A stretch of 58,531 bases of DNA from an uncultured Gammaproteobacteria bacterium (GTDB lineage Bacteria > Patescibacteriota > Microgenomatia > Levybacterales > GWA1-39-11), in NCBI GenBank assembly GCA_964448725.1, contig CAYVAJ010000007.1, forward strand, positions 1-58,531, read 5' to 3'. The position numbers and the translations under genes were made by a program. Shown here in pieces: positions 40,639 through 50,834 of the stretch. The notes beneath the pieces were generated by a model. That model did no database searches. It worked only from the letters and a program-made list of their open reading frames with translations, and was not told the DNA's origin. Positions within the stretch are counted from its first letter, which is position 1. Every line of letters begins with the position of its first letter.

Positions 40639-41561
40639 TCTCAATAGTTATTCCTGTATTTAATGAAGAAAAAAATATTGCACCGCTTTTTGCAGAAATA
40701 CTGTCTGTGATGAAAAAGGTCAAGATACCGTATGAGGTCCTATTTGTAAATGATGGGAGTAGTGATGGAACACAACAGGAGATTATTCAACTGAAACGTA
40801 GATATGCAAATATAAAATGGATTGAATTTAGGGTGCAGTCAGGAAAAGCAGCTGCATTGCATGAAGGTTTCCACCATGTCAAAGGAGACATTATTTTTAC
40901 ACTCGATGGAGATTTACAAGATGATCCGCATGAGATCCCGAGATTTTTGAAAAAACTTGAAAGTGGATTTGATATGGTGTCTGGGTGGAAAGAAAAACGC
41001 CGTGATTCATTTATTAAAAATAATACTTCTAAAGTATTTAATGCAGCAACAAACATAATATCTCGAGTCAAGCTTCATGACTTTAATTGTGGGTTTAAAG
41101 TGTATAGAAAAGAAGTGCTTGAAAGAATGAATCTCTATGGAGAGTTACATCGATATATTCCAGTACTTGCTGCAGCAAATGGTTTTACCGTAGGAGAACT
41201 ATCAGTACATCACCGCAAACGTTATAGTGGGAAGTCTAAGTACGGACCTATTCGTTTTATCCATGGAGCGCTTGATTTGGCAACAGTATTATTTATTACA
41301 AGATTTAGAAAACGACCGCTTCATTTATTTGGATACGTGGGAATGGCATTTTTTGGTCTGGGAGTACTGATTGCACTATATCTTACATTTATGAAGCTTA
41401 TATACAATCAGCCAATTGGTGGACGTCCACTCCTGTTATTTGCAGTACTTATGATTATTGTTGGAGTACAAATTTGGATTACAGGGCTCATAAGCGAACA
41501 TATTACCACAACTCTGCGGCCATATGATCTACGTCCTTCTATAAAATCTATGCATCAATGA
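40635..41561 (+). CDS. family-2 glycosyltransferase, polyprenyl-phosphate sugar synthase type
   Basis: SIVIPVFNEEKNI, DGDLQDDP, two C-terminal TM helices. ATGA overlap with the upstream gene. Confidence 0.8.
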   Translation: MISIVIPVFNEEKNIAPLFAEILSVMKKVKIPYEVLFVNDGSSDGTQQEIIQLKRRYANIKWIEFRVQSGKAAALHEGFHHVKGDIIFTLDGDLQDDPHEIPRFLKKLESGFDMVSGWKEKRRDSFIKNNTSKVFNAATNIISRVKLHDFNCGFKVYRKEVLERMNLYGELHRYIPVLAAANGFTVGELSVHHRKRYSGKSKYGPIRFIHGALDLATVLFITRFRKRPLHLFGYVGMAFFGLGVLIALYLTFMKLIYNQPIGGRPLLLFAVLMIIVGVQIWITGLISEHITTTLRPYDLRPSIKSMHQ

Positions 41562-43126
41562 AAAAAATTACTCTATGGTTTCAGTTATATGATCAGAAAA
41601 TTATCATCATTCTTACTCTTATACTGAGCATATCCTCATTTTTCTACTGGTTTTTAAACGGAGACATTACTGCATATGGAGATTCCCGTGCTCATCTCAA
41701 TATAGCTCGCCGTGTTGTGGATAGTCTTACGCCTGGAATTGCCCAATTTGGAGGAACATGGCTTCCATTACTCCATATATTAATGATTCCGACAATATGG
41801 ATAGATTTCATGTGGCAAAGTGGCATTTCCGGCAGCATAGTAAATATGGTTGCGTATTGTATTGGGATGATAGTTCTCTATAAATTAGCGTATGAACTTA
41901 CTAATAGTAGATTAAGTGCGCTTATCGTATACGTAGCTGTTGCGCTTAATATTAATATACTCTACTTTCAATCGACTCCAATGACAGAGGTATTGTTCAT
42001 TTCGACTTTAATTATTGCATTATATTTTTTATTCCGATGGCGAAAGGAATTTCGAATTACTGATTTGATAGCGTCTGGATTCTTCTTCTTTCTTACTTCA
42101 TTTAATCGATATGAAGGTTGGATTGTGGTAATTGGAGCGATGATTGTGGTAGGCCTCATTTCATTAGTGAAATTTGGAAAAAATAAAGCAGAAGCAGATC
42201 TTATGATTTTTAGTATGATTGCCTGTTTGGGAATTGCGCTTTGGTTTTTATGGCAGCTGGTCATATTCGGTAACCCGTTGGATTTTTTGCAAAATGAATT
42301 TGCTGCGGGAGTAAATACCGCACGGGATATAGAAGCTGGAACTGTTCCGACATATAAAAATTTATGGTTATCAATTCTCACAGAAATGTATGCATCGTTT
42401 CATACATCAGGAGTAGTACTAACTCTTTTGGGGTTTATTTCTATTATTCTTTTTATTCTGAAAAAAAATGTTGGAATTCTTAGATCAGCAATGGCACTTA
42501 TGCTTATTAGTATGATTCCTTTTTTGTTTGAAGTACTTGTAGTATATAGAGGAAATGTACCTGTGTATGTTCCAGAAATCAGAATTAATAAAGAAATTCC
42601 TCCATTTTTTAATGTGCGATACGCACTCTATTTCTTACCTGGATTAGCACTTTTTATTGCTTATCAGTTCAAAAAAAATAGTGTTAAAGTTGGAATTCTC
42701 ATTGTATTACTTATCAATAACTTTCTTCTTCTTGGATACGGTGGAGATTCTCAAATATTGGCAATGAAAGATTGGGGTAATCTTAAATCTCGTGAGCATT
42801 TAGATGCAAAAGAATGGTTTATAAATAACTATGATCATGGAATTGTACTGGTCAGTGTGGCAAGCTCAGACGCGTTTATCTTTAACTCGGGTTTACCAAT
42901 GAAACGTTTTATTTCTGAAGGTAGTGGAAAATATTGGACCGAGTCATTACAAAAGCCAAATAAATATGCACGATGGATAATTATTCAAGATAGTGGCAGA
43001 GATCTTTTAGTAAGGAAAATTAACACATTAGATCTGCGAAGAAGATTTACTCTTTTAGAAAAAAAGGGTGGATATCGGTTCTATAAAATTAAAACAGCTC
43101 CTTTAGTAAAGATCTCAGATGAGTAA
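41558..43126 (+). CDS. polytopic membrane protein, ArnT/PMT-like GT-C glycosyltransferase candidate
   Basis: More than 8 predicted TM helices. Early acidic/Arg loop GDSRAHLNIARRV. ATGA overlap with the polyprenyl-P GT. Confidence 0.5.
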   Translation: MKKITLWFQLYDQKIIIILTLILSISSFFYWFLNGDITAYGDSRAHLNIARRVVDSLTPGIAQFGGTWLPLLHILMIPTIWIDFMWQSGISGSIVNMVAYCIGMIVLYKLAYELTNSRLSALIVYVAVALNINILYFQSTPMTEVLFISTLIIALYFLFRWRKEFRITDLIASGFFFFLTSFNRYEGWIVVIGAMIVVGLISLVKFGKNKAEADLMIFSMIACLGIALWFLWQLVIFGNPLDFLQNEFAAGVNTARDIEAGTVPTYKNLWLSILTEMYASFHTSGVVLTLLGFISIILFILKKNVGILRSAMALMLISMIPFLFEVLVVYRGNVPVYVPEIRINKEIPPFFNVRYALYFLPGLALFIAYQFKKNSVKVGILIVLLINNFLLLGYGGDSQILAMKDWGNLKSREHLDAKEWFINNYDHGIVLVSVASSDAFIFNSGLPMKRFISEGSGKYWTESLQKPNKYARWIIIQDSGRDLLVRKINTLDLRRRFTLLEKKGGYRFYKIKTAPLVKISDE

Positions 43127-43175
43127 TAATAGGTGAGATACGTATATTTCGATTCAATGCGTAATCTGGTATTAT

Positions 43176-44417
43176 GTGAAAGAGTTCATGAGCTATATTT
43201 ATATATTTGTTTTAGGTCGTAACACTGATTTGTCGCTTGCCGAGCTGCGGTCTGTGTTTGCTTATTATAGTTTGCCCTTTAAACTCCTGCAGTCATCGAA
43301 TAGTATCGCTCTTGTTGAAAGTACGGCATTTTCAATACCAGAACTAAATGCACGGTTAGGTGGAATAGTTAAAATAGGTACTGTTATTGAGTCACTGCCA
43401 TTATCATCTCTTACTGATCTTCCTGAATTGTTCTCATATGAGGTATTATTCCATGAATTCTTCTCAGACGAATTACGGAAAGTTGAATTTGGTGTCAGTA
43501 TTTATTCTTGTGGAGGAAAAGAATCTGATGTAACAAAAGTACATACGCTGCATCAGCAGATTACGCTTTCAATAAAAAAAGAATTGGAAAAAAACAGTAT
43601 AAAAGCGCATTTCCCTCAACTGCGTGAAACAACATTATCCTCAGCATCAGTTGATAAAAACAAGCTTATTTCTCGTGGCGCAGAGATTTTAATCATAGTT
43701 ACTCAAGATGCTGTATTGGTTGGGAAAACCGGTGCAGTGCAAGAGTTTGAGTCATTTAGTAAGCGTGATTTTGGACGACCTGTCCGCGATATGAAATCAG
43801 GAGTTATGCCACCGAAGCTTGCCCGTATGATGATAAATTTAGCTCAGCTTTCTCCCAAACACACATTGCTCGATCCTTTTTGCGGTAGTGGTACTGTACT
43901 GCAGGAAGCACTGCATCTCGGCTATACCAATGTTATTGGTACTGATAAGTCGGCAAAAGCAATAAAAGATTCAAGAGAAAATATTGACTGGTATGTTAAA
44001 AAATTTAATCCTAATATACAGGATGCGCAAGTGGTAATAAAACACGCAGAAGTAACAAAGCTCACATTAGAAATTACACCTGGCTCAATTCATGGAATTG
44101 TCACAGAACCATATTTGGGTCCAACGCTACAAAAACGATTAAAACCAAAAGAGATATCCCGATCGATTGATGAACTCTCAGATCTTTATCTAAAAGCATG
44201 GAAAGAATTTCATAAAGTACTGGTACGATCAGGAACGGTAGTAATGATTCTTCCTGTATTTCAGACTAATACAGCACATAATCTCCCGATCCTATCAGAT
44301 ATCCAAAAATTTGGTTTTACACAAATAGCTCTTTCAGGAAGTGAGCGGAAATCAGTGATTGTAGGAAATCGCCGTGATTTTGTGTTACGTGAAATTATAA
44401 AGTTTGTAAAACAGTAG
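43176..44417 (+). CDS. class I SAM-dependent (RNA) methyltransferase
   Basis: LLDPFCGSGTVLQEA motif I and TEPYLGP (NPPY-like) motif IV. Confidence 0.6.
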   Translation: MKEFMSYIYIFVLGRNTDLSLAELRSVFAYYSLPFKLLQSSNSIALVESTAFSIPELNARLGGIVKIGTVIESLPLSSLTDLPELFSYEVLFHEFFSDELRKVEFGVSIYSCGGKESDVTKVHTLHQQITLSIKKELEKNSIKAHFPQLRETTLSSASVDKNKLISRGAEILIIVTQDAVLVGKTGAVQEFESFSKRDFGRPVRDMKSGVMPPKLARMMINLAQLSPKHTLLDPFCGSGTVLQEALHLGYTNVIGTDKSAKAIKDSRENIDWYVKKFNPNIQDAQVVIKHAEVTKLTLEITPGSIHGIVTEPYLGPTLQKRLKPKEISRSIDELSDLYLKAWKEFHKVLVRSGTVVMILPVFQTNTAHNLPILSDIQKFGFTQIALSGSERKSVIVGNRRDFVLREIIKFVKQ

Positions 44418-44418
44418 A

Positions 44419-45189
44419 TTATTTTGCTTCAAAATTTGAAAAAAGCTGAACACAGGCATTTTCGTGGCAGCTGGTACAACTGTATTTGTAATTGCCCTCT
44501 ATTGATGCACGGTGTATTCCTGAATTCATCCACCACGCAAAAGCTCTCTCTTCACTACTCATCCAGATTGCATTCTCATACACACGATATGGTAATCCAC
44601 GGTTTCTGAGCCCGCTATGCAGCGTACCATTGGTAATTTCACCTCGTATTTCAGGAGCACGAGATTGTGCAACTTCACATAGTCTTCCTTCTTTTTCAAA
44701 GGGGGGTAGTCCTCTGCTTATTCGATGATTATTGACTAAATTAAACAGATGATCCGCATTTAACCCTCCTGTTGAGATTGGAAGGGGTGTAATTATGGGT
44801 GCAGCTGTAGGAGTTGGCTGTTCTTGAACATATTCATATACTGTATCCTCTGCAGTAAATTCTTCATATGTTTCTTCTTGAGCTGTGATTTCAGGATAAA
44901 AGACTGTCACTTGGGGAATATTATCTGAGACTGGGGGAAAATATGTTGGTTCAACAGATGACTCAGTAAATGCGGTATCTCGAGGGAAAATCAATTCAAT
45001 GAGTAATAATGCGATAAGAAGAACTGTGGGAGCAAGTGTGTAGCTGGCCTTTGTGAGCTTATGAGATCTAGGTCGAATACGTGATGGCTTTCCGCAGACA
45101 AGAACTGATTCATTCGAAAAATATGAGTGAACTGAGGTGCTGACGTGCTGCGCTTTTGAGTATAAATATGAAATAATTCCTTCTGCCAT
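44419..45189 (-). CDS. membrane-anchored CAP/SCP-domain protein
   Basis: TM helix VLLIALLLIELIF. C-terminal LFNLVNNHRISRGLPPF...GHRASI pattern of CAP (YkwD-like) domains. Confidence 0.6.
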   Translation of the reverse strand: MAEGIISYLYSKAQHVSTSVHSYFSNESVLVCGKPSRIRPRSHKLTKASYTLAPTVLLIALLLIELIFPRDTAFTESSVEPTYFPPVSDNIPQVTVFYPEITAQEETYEEFTAEDTVYEYVQEQPTPTAAPIITPLPISTGGLNADHLFNLVNNHRISRGLPPFEKEGRLCEVAQSRAPEIRGEITNGTLHSGLRNRGLPYRVYENAIWMSSEERAFAWWMNSGIHRASIEGNYKYSCTSCHENACVQLFSNFEAK

Positions 45190-45297
45190 GTAACCAATTC
45201 CTATCGGGCAGAAGCATATCAGAATACTACTTTCTCAAGGTAAGAAAAATGTAAGAATGTTGTCAGTGGATACAGCACGCTATGATATAAATGTAGG

Positions 45298-45846
45298 ATG
45301 AAGTCACAGAAGCCAACGCATGAAGAGTTAGAACAAGCAGTTTTATTGACAGTACCTGATATTATTGCGCCTCATTTAACCGTATTATTCTGTGGTATCA
45401 ATCCCGGCCTCTATACTGCAGCAACGGGATATCATTTTGCACGACCTGGAAATAGATTTTGGAAAGCGCTTTTTCTTGCAGGATTCACCCCTACTCTTTT
45501 TCATCCAAGTGAACAGGAACGATTGGTATCATTGGGATATGGAATTACTAATTTTGTGCCACGAACAAGCAGAACAGCTGCAGAACTATCTCAGGGTGAG
45601 ATACAACAAGGTGCACAACAATTAGTACAAAAAGTAGAAAAATATCATCCCAAAATACTCGCTATACTGGGAGTTGATGTCTATCGAAAGGGTTTTAACA
45701 GACCAAAAGCAAGAGTTGGACTGCAGATTGAGACGATTGGGATGACTCGAATATGGGTGCTTCCTAATCCCAGTGGTCTGAATGCGCATTATACAGCTGA
45801 ATCAATTGCTCAGTTATTGAAGAAAATGAAAAAAGAAGTTTACTAA
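45298..45846 (+). CDS. mug: G/U mismatch-specific DNA glycosylase
   Basis: LFCGINPGLYTAATGYHFARPGNRFWKAL and LPNPSGLN motifs. Confidence 0.8.
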   Translation: MKSQKPTHEELEQAVLLTVPDIIAPHLTVLFCGINPGLYTAATGYHFARPGNRFWKALFLAGFTPTLFHPSEQERLVSLGYGITNFVPRTSRTAAELSQGEIQQGAQQLVQKVEKYHPKILAILGVDVYRKGFNRPKARVGLQIETIGMTRIWVLPNPSGLNAHYTAESIAQLLKKMKKEVY

Positions 45847-45853
45847 ATACTAC

Positions 45854-46108
45854 TTAGGCTGCGGTTTTTTTCTTTGCGTTTTTTTGTGACTGCTCGTATC
45901 TTTTTTGTTTTTCAGCTTGGATAGCTTCTTTTTTTTCTCGTTCTTGTCTGAACTTCTCTTCTACAATTTTTTGGCACTCTTCATCAGGGCATACTGTTTC
46001 GGTATGGGTGACAAAAGAGGTGCCAAAAAAATTTGTAATTTCTTCTTTCCAAGTCTTTGATATTATTCGTTCTTTTCCGCATCTAATGCACGGGTTTGAA
46101 TTATTCAT
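45854..46108 (-). CDS. small zinc-ribbon protein
   Basis: CIRCGK...CPDEEC, Lys/Glu-rich tail. Confidence 0.45.
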   Translation of the reverse strand: MNNSNPCIRCGKERIISKTWKEEITNFFGTSFVTHTETVCPDEECQKIVEEKFRQEREKKEAIQAEKQKRYEQSQKNAKKKTAA

Positions 46109-46132
46109 ACATATACCTCATCTTTCTTATAT

Positions 46133-46489
46133 TTACCATCGGTTTCCACCTTTTCTATCTCGATCATTACCACGATTTGATTTGAAATCACGGCCTGAGC
46201 CGCCACTTCTAAAACCACCGCCTGATCCAGGTGTGCGTGGTTCCATTGGTCGTGCTTCTTTTACAATAATTGTCCGTCCTCCAAAATCAGTGTTATCCAT
46301 AGTTTCAATTGCTTTTTTTGCTTCTTCTTCTGTGCTCAATTCAACAAAACCAAATCCTTTGCTCTGTCCGCTATTGCGGTCAGTAATTACTTTCGCTGAA
46401 GTAACAGTTCCAACTGATGCAAAATGCTCAGATAGTTGTTCGTCAGTGACGCTATATGGCAGTCCTGCTACAAATAATTTATTTATCAT
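46133..46489 (-). CDS. RRM-type RNA-binding protein with RGG-like tail
   Basis: GGAGGAGGGG SD before ATG 46489. RNP1 KGFGFVEL, RNP2 LFVAGL. Confidence 0.8.
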   Translation of the reverse strand: MINKLFVAGLPYSVTDEQLSEHFASVGTVTSAKVITDRNSGQSKGFGFVELSTEEEAKKAIETMDNTDFGGRTIIVKEARPMEPRTPGSGGGFRSGGSGRDFKSNRGNDRDRKGGNRW

Positions 46490-46695
46490 TACTATCCCCT
46501 CCTCCCTGTACACTTGTCCCTGCCTTCGCTTAATGAGTATCGGTATACGTAATGAAATAAATCTCAGCTACTTTCCGGAAACACTACCCGATTAAGGAGG
46601 ATGATGTTAGAGTACACTTTCATTATACCAGATTTTTACACAAGTTACCTATGTAAACCTGTAATTTTGTAATATCACCCTACTCATTCGGGAAT

Positions 46696-46727
46696 CTTAC
46701 TTCAGCACTCTAGAGTACTGAAGTAAG
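46696..46727. repeat. third copy of the 26-bp palindrome (1 mismatch, arms extended by 3 bp)
   Basis: CTTACTTCAGCACTCTAGAGTACTGAAGTAAG, in the divergent region between the RRM gene and typA, about 28 nt upstream of the typA -10. Confidence 0.85.
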
Positions 46728-46751
46728 AAAGTATTATTTTGTGCGTGATTT

Positions 46752-46760
46752 TGATATAAT
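46752..46760 (+). promoter_or_regulatory. extended -10 TGATATAAT (typA)
   Basis: TG-N-TATAAT. About 136-nt leader to ATG 46897. Confidence 0.5.
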
Positions 46761-46896
46761 ACTAAAGGCCGCAGAAAGGCGGCTTTTCGTGTGTAAAATA
46801 CGCACGAGTCACACGACCCGCCAAAAATTGCTCTATGAGCCGTGTACGAATAGTACCAGAAGGCGAATAGTAAAATTGGGCGGGTTTTTCAATCTT

Positions 46897-48753
46897 ATGG
46901 AAATACGAAATGTCGCAATTATCGCTCATGTTGATCATGGGAAAACAACATTGGTAGATGCATTGTTGAGACAGTCAAATACCAAAATGCATAAAGATAC
47001 TGCTGATTCACTGATCATGGATAGTAACGAGCTTGAACAAGAGCGTGGTATTACTATTTTTTCAAAAAATGCTTCAGTGGTATGGAATGGGGTAAAAATA
47101 AATATTATTGACACACCAGGCCACGCTGATTTTGGTGGAGAAGTAGAACGGGTGTTAAAAATGGCTGATGCTTGTTTACTTCTCATTGATTCTAAAGAAG
47201 GACCAATGCCACAGACTCGCTTTGTGTTAAAAAAAGCTCTAGATATGAAGCATAAGATTATTGTTGTGGTTAACAAAATAGACAAGCCAGATGCACGGAT
47301 TGATTATGTATTAGATAAAACACTTGATTTATTTATTGAGTTGGGAGCTGATGATGACGCAGCAGACTTTCCAATAATTTATGCATCAGGGAAAAATGGT
47401 CTTGCTGGACTTGAACCGGATATAACTACCATGAAAGATTTCACCCCAATTTTTGATGCAATTTTGCAATATACTCCAGCTCCAAGTGGTACTATTGATA
47501 ATTCTCTTCAAATACTTATTACTACACTAGGCTCTGACCAACATAAAGGAAGAATTTCAATCGGAAGGATTTATAACGGAAAAATAAAGAGCGGACAAGA
47601 TTGTATACAAATTACTCGTGATGGAGAGCATAAGAAATTCAGGGTTAGTTCACTTATGACATTTGAAGGACTTGACCGTGTAGAGACAACAGAAGCCTCT
47701 GTAGGTGATATTGTTGCAGTTGCTGGAATTACAGACCCTGTTATAGGTGAAACAATTGCAGATACCGTAAATCCTACTCCACTTCCACTCCTTGCAATTG
47801 AAGAACCTACAATTAGGGTATCATTTATGGTTAACAATTCTCCGTTTGCTGGAAAAGAAGGAGAATTTAAAACTTCAAGACAAATTAGAGATAGGTTATA
47901 CAAAGAACTTGAAACAGATATGGCACTTCGAGTTGAGGACGAAGAATTAGGGCCTGCCCGCCAAGCAAGCCAGCTTGCTGGCGTTGCGGGCGGGGGATGG
48001 ACAGTATCTGGACGCGGTGAATTACATATTGCAATTTTGATCGAACGTATGCGGCGTGAAGGGTATGAATTTCAAGTTGCTCGCCCTCAAGTAATTGATA
48101 AAGTTATTGACGGAAAGAAACTTACTCCGTATGAAATGGTATTCATCGAAGTTCCGGAAGAATTTAGTGGAGTTGTTATGCAAAAAATGGGATCGAGACG
48201 CGCTGATATGAAAGATATGCGCGTAGAAAATGGTGTAGCTTTTATGGAATTTGTGATTTCTACAAAAGGATTATTTGGATACCGAAGTGAATTTATTACA
48301 GATACCAAAGGATTGGGAATCATAAACACCCTTTTTGATCGATATGATACAGATAATGGATATTCATATGAACGAGAACAAGGCTCGCTAGTGGCACATG
48401 AAAGCGGACAAGCAACATTGTATGCGCTTACCAATGCACAAGACCGAGGAAACCTCTTTATAGGACCAGGAACTGCAGTCTATAAAGGACAGGTTGTAGG
48501 GCAACATGCTCGTGCAGGTGACCTATGGATTAATGTATGTAAGTTAAAACAATTGACCAATATGCGTTCAAAAGGCGAAGGTGTTTCAACATACTTTAAA
48601 ACGCCGCATAGTATGGGACTTGAAGAGGCATTGGAATATCTTGCTGATGATGAGCTGGTTGAAGTAACACCAGAAAGTATCAGAATCCGTAAAACCATTC
48701 TAGATGAAGCAGCCTCTCGCAGAGCAAAATCCCAAGGGAAAATACAACATTAA
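46897..48753 (+). CDS. typA: translational GTPase TypA/BipA
   Basis: Start at MEIRNVAIIAHVDHGKTTLVD. DTPGHADF, NKID. The upstream 52 codons of the track ORF are leader, not coding. Confidence 0.9.
   Translation: MEIRNVAIIAHVDHGKTTLVDALLRQSNTKMHKDTADSLIMDSNELEQERGITIFSKNASVVWNGVKINIIDTPGHADFGGEVERVLKMADACLLLIDSKEGPMPQTRFVLKKALDMKHKIIVVVNKIDKPDARIDYVLDKTLDLFIELGADDDAADFPIIYASGKNGLAGLEPDITTMKDFTPIFDAILQYTPAPSGTIDNSLQILITTLGSDQHKGRISIGRIYNGKIKSGQDCIQITRDGEHKKFRVSSLMTFEGLDRVETTEASVGDIVAVAGITDPVIGETIADTVNPTPLPLLAIEEPTIRVSFMVNNSPFAGKEGEFKTSRQIRDRLYKELETDMALRVEDEELGPARQASQLAGVAGGGWTVSGRGELHIAILIERMRREGYEFQVARPQVIDKVIDGKKLTPYEMVFIEVPEEFSGVVMQKMGSRRADMKDMRVENGVAFMEFVISTKGLFGYRSEFITDTKGLGIINTLFDRYDTDNGYSYEREQGSLVAHESGQATLYALTNAQDRGNLFIGPGTAVYKGQVVGQHARAGDLWINVCKLKQLTNMRSKGEGVSTYFKTPHSMGLEEALEYLADDELVEVTPESIRIRKTILDEAASRRAKSQGKIQH
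47950..47997 (+). repeat. in-frame G+C-rich palindromic insertion within typA
   Basis: CCCGCC (47957-62)/GGCGGG (47989-94) and AGCAAGC (47964-70)/GCTTGCT (47973-79). Encodes GPARQASQLAGVAGGG. Confidence 0.6.
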
Positions 48754-48781
48754 TCTGAAAAGCTTGCTACAGTACGTTTTC

Positions 48782-49144
48782 CTAATTAAGATGTTTTTCA
48801 ATTTTTGCAAGTAAGTCATTTATCTCAAACGGCTTTGCTACAAAATCATCTGCTCCTGCTTTTTTTGCAATCTGCTTACCATTAGTATTGGCCGATATCA
48901 TGATGATCGGAATATGTTTTGTTGTAGTTTGATTTTTTAATTGGTTGCATATATCTCTTCCATCTGTTCCTGACATCCAGATATCAAGTAATATAAGATC
49001 TGGAAAATCTTTCTGCAGTCGTTCAACAGTTTTGCCATCTGTTGTTGTGGTAACATGATACCCAACATCTTCAAGCATTGCCTGCAGTGCATCTCCAATA
49101 GCTTGGTTATCATCTGCAACTAAAATATGTTTGATTGTATTCAT
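48782..49144 (-). CDS. stand-alone response-regulator receiver protein
   Basis: DD...D (LLDIWMSG)...K (AKPF) receiver pattern. No output domain. Confidence 0.8.
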   Translation of the reverse strand: MNTIKHILVADDNQAIGDALQAMLEDVGYHVTTTTDGKTVERLQKDFPDLILLDIWMSGTDGRDICNQLKNQTTTKHIPIIMISANTNGKQIAKKAGADDFVAKPFEINDLLAKIEKHLN

Positions 49145-49222
49145 ATTGAATATTGTATGGATAACACAAGAACAAATAAGTATACTCGTAAAATTTAAGA
49201 ATTTGTGAAGAGTTTGAACAAT

Positions 49223-50722
49223 TTACTCTTGTTGAACAGTATCCTTTGATTTGTTGTGTGTAAGCGGAAGATTGAAGCAAAAAGTAGACCCATTTTTAGT
49301 ACTACTTTCCACCCAGATAGATCCTCCTTGTCTTTTTATGATTTCTGAAGATATATACAGTCCCAGACCTAATCCAGGATAAGTCTCATGTTTTGGCCCG
49401 CTTACACGGAAAAATCGTTCAAATATTTTATTTCTTCTGTTTTTTGGAATACCTACTCCAAAATCTTGAATACAGATGGTGAGTGAATTTTTATGTATAG
49501 ATGTTTTTACTATTATTTTTTCAGTATTTGGTGAGTATTTAATAGCATTGGAGATAAGATTTGTCAGAACTTGTCCAATACGTTCACGATCTCCATAGAG
49601 GATTTTTGTACGGGAAAGTTTCGGAATAATTGTATGCTTTTGAGTAGTTCGTTGCAGCTCTTCAATAATTTCATATATTAATTCATTGCTATCAAAATAA
49701 TCTTGCTGAAACTGCAGCTTATCCGCTTCAATTTTTGTAGCATCTAACAGGTCTCCGATTAAGCTGTGAAGTTTGTTAAGCTGTGCATCCATTTTTCCTA
49801 ACATAAGTGCAGATTTTTCATCTCCTTGTCTGGAGAATCGTGTTTGTAATACCTGTGTATATGCTTTTATACTCGTAACCGGTGTTTTGAGCTCATGTGT
49901 CGCAATACTTACAAAGTCATCCTTTTGTTTGAGAAGCAATTCACGTTCAGTAATATCAAAAAAGTACCACACATACCCATAGTAGGTATCCTTTCCAGCA
50001 GTAATAGGTGCTCCATACCGTTCAAAGATTCTGCCATCTTTCAGGTAAAGCTTTTCTTTACTCTTTTTTTTAGTTTTATACAGATAGGCGATTCGTTCCA
50101 TAAACTCTTGAGGGTTTATAAGCTGTTCTTGTGCTGCTTGAAGCGCTATCTCATCAAGCTGACTTTGCAGTACTCTTTTTGGAAGTCTCCACATAGCTGC
50201 AAATTGCTTGTTGTGAGAGATAATTTTTCCATTTGGAGATACAATAAGTATTCCTTCAGGCGCAACTTCTTGCTGCGCTTCAAGTAAGCTGTTTTGATAC
50301 TTGAGTTTTTCATCAGATGCTTTGCTCTCTGTTAAATCTTCTTGTACACTAACCCAGTGTCTTTTGCCATGTATTTCTATTGCTGTTATACGAGTAAAAG
50401 TGGTAAAGGATGTTTTATCTTTTTTTATGTTGCTGAACTCTCCTGACCATACGCCTTTCGTTTTGAGTTGTTTTATGACATTGTTAACAATTCTTCTGTT
50501 TTCCTCAGCAGGATAGGAGTTTTGAATGGAGACATGTTTTCCAATCAGTTCTCCTTTTTTATATCCAAACATTGTATCTAGAGTGGGATTTGTGTAGACG
50601 ATTATTCCATTCTCATCACTAACACTTACTCCCTCTGCCATACTTTCCAAGACCTGTAAATAGACAGCTTCATGAAAGGAATGTGTTGTAGGATGTGCCG
50701 ATAGCTTTTTTTTATGCTTCAT
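49223..50722 (-). CDS. PAS-domain sensor histidine kinase (cytoplasmic)
   Basis: Start at MKHKKK. Two PAS-like regions, H-box THELKTP, N/G boxes NAIKYS, GLGLGL. Confidence 0.8.
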   Translation of the reverse strand: MKHKKKLSAHPTTHSFHEAVYLQVLESMAEGVSVSDENGIIVYTNPTLDTMFGYKKGELIGKHVSIQNSYPAEENRRIVNNVIKQLKTKGVWSGEFSNIKKDKTSFTTFTRITAIEIHGKRHWVSVQEDLTESKASDEKLKYQNSLLEAQQEVAPEGILIVSPNGKIISHNKQFAAMWRLPKRVLQSQLDEIALQAAQEQLINPQEFMERIAYLYKTKKKSKEKLYLKDGRIFERYGAPITAGKDTYYGYVWYFFDITERELLLKQKDDFVSIATHELKTPVTSIKAYTQVLQTRFSRQGDEKSALMLGKMDAQLNKLHSLIGDLLDATKIEADKLQFQQDYFDSNELIYEIIEELQRTTQKHTIIPKLSRTKILYGDRERIGQVLTNLISNAIKYSPNTEKIIVKTSIHKNSLTICIQDFGVGIPKNRRNKIFERFFRVSGPKHETYPGLGLGLYISSEIIKRQGGSIWVESSTKNGSTFCFNLPLTHNKSKDTVQQE

Positions 50723-50834
50723 TATATATGAAGGTAAATTTTCTATGATTGTAACGAAAGAATGCAGAATGTACAAGTATTCCAGATATGTGCCTCAGTA
50801 GTAAGACTTAGGTCTTCTGTTCTATACTTATGTT

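Noticed and set aside
46008-46595. The 195-aa plus-strand ORF.
   Set aside because: It is antisense to the RRM-protein gene and the zinc-ribbon gene. Its low-complexity Pro/Ser-rich translation is typical of a reverse frame.
46741-46896. Upstream 52 codons of the typA track ORF.
   Set aside because: The conserved GTPase N-terminus begins at MEIRNVAIIAHVDHGKT (46897). The upstream part overlaps the promoter and GC-rich hairpins.
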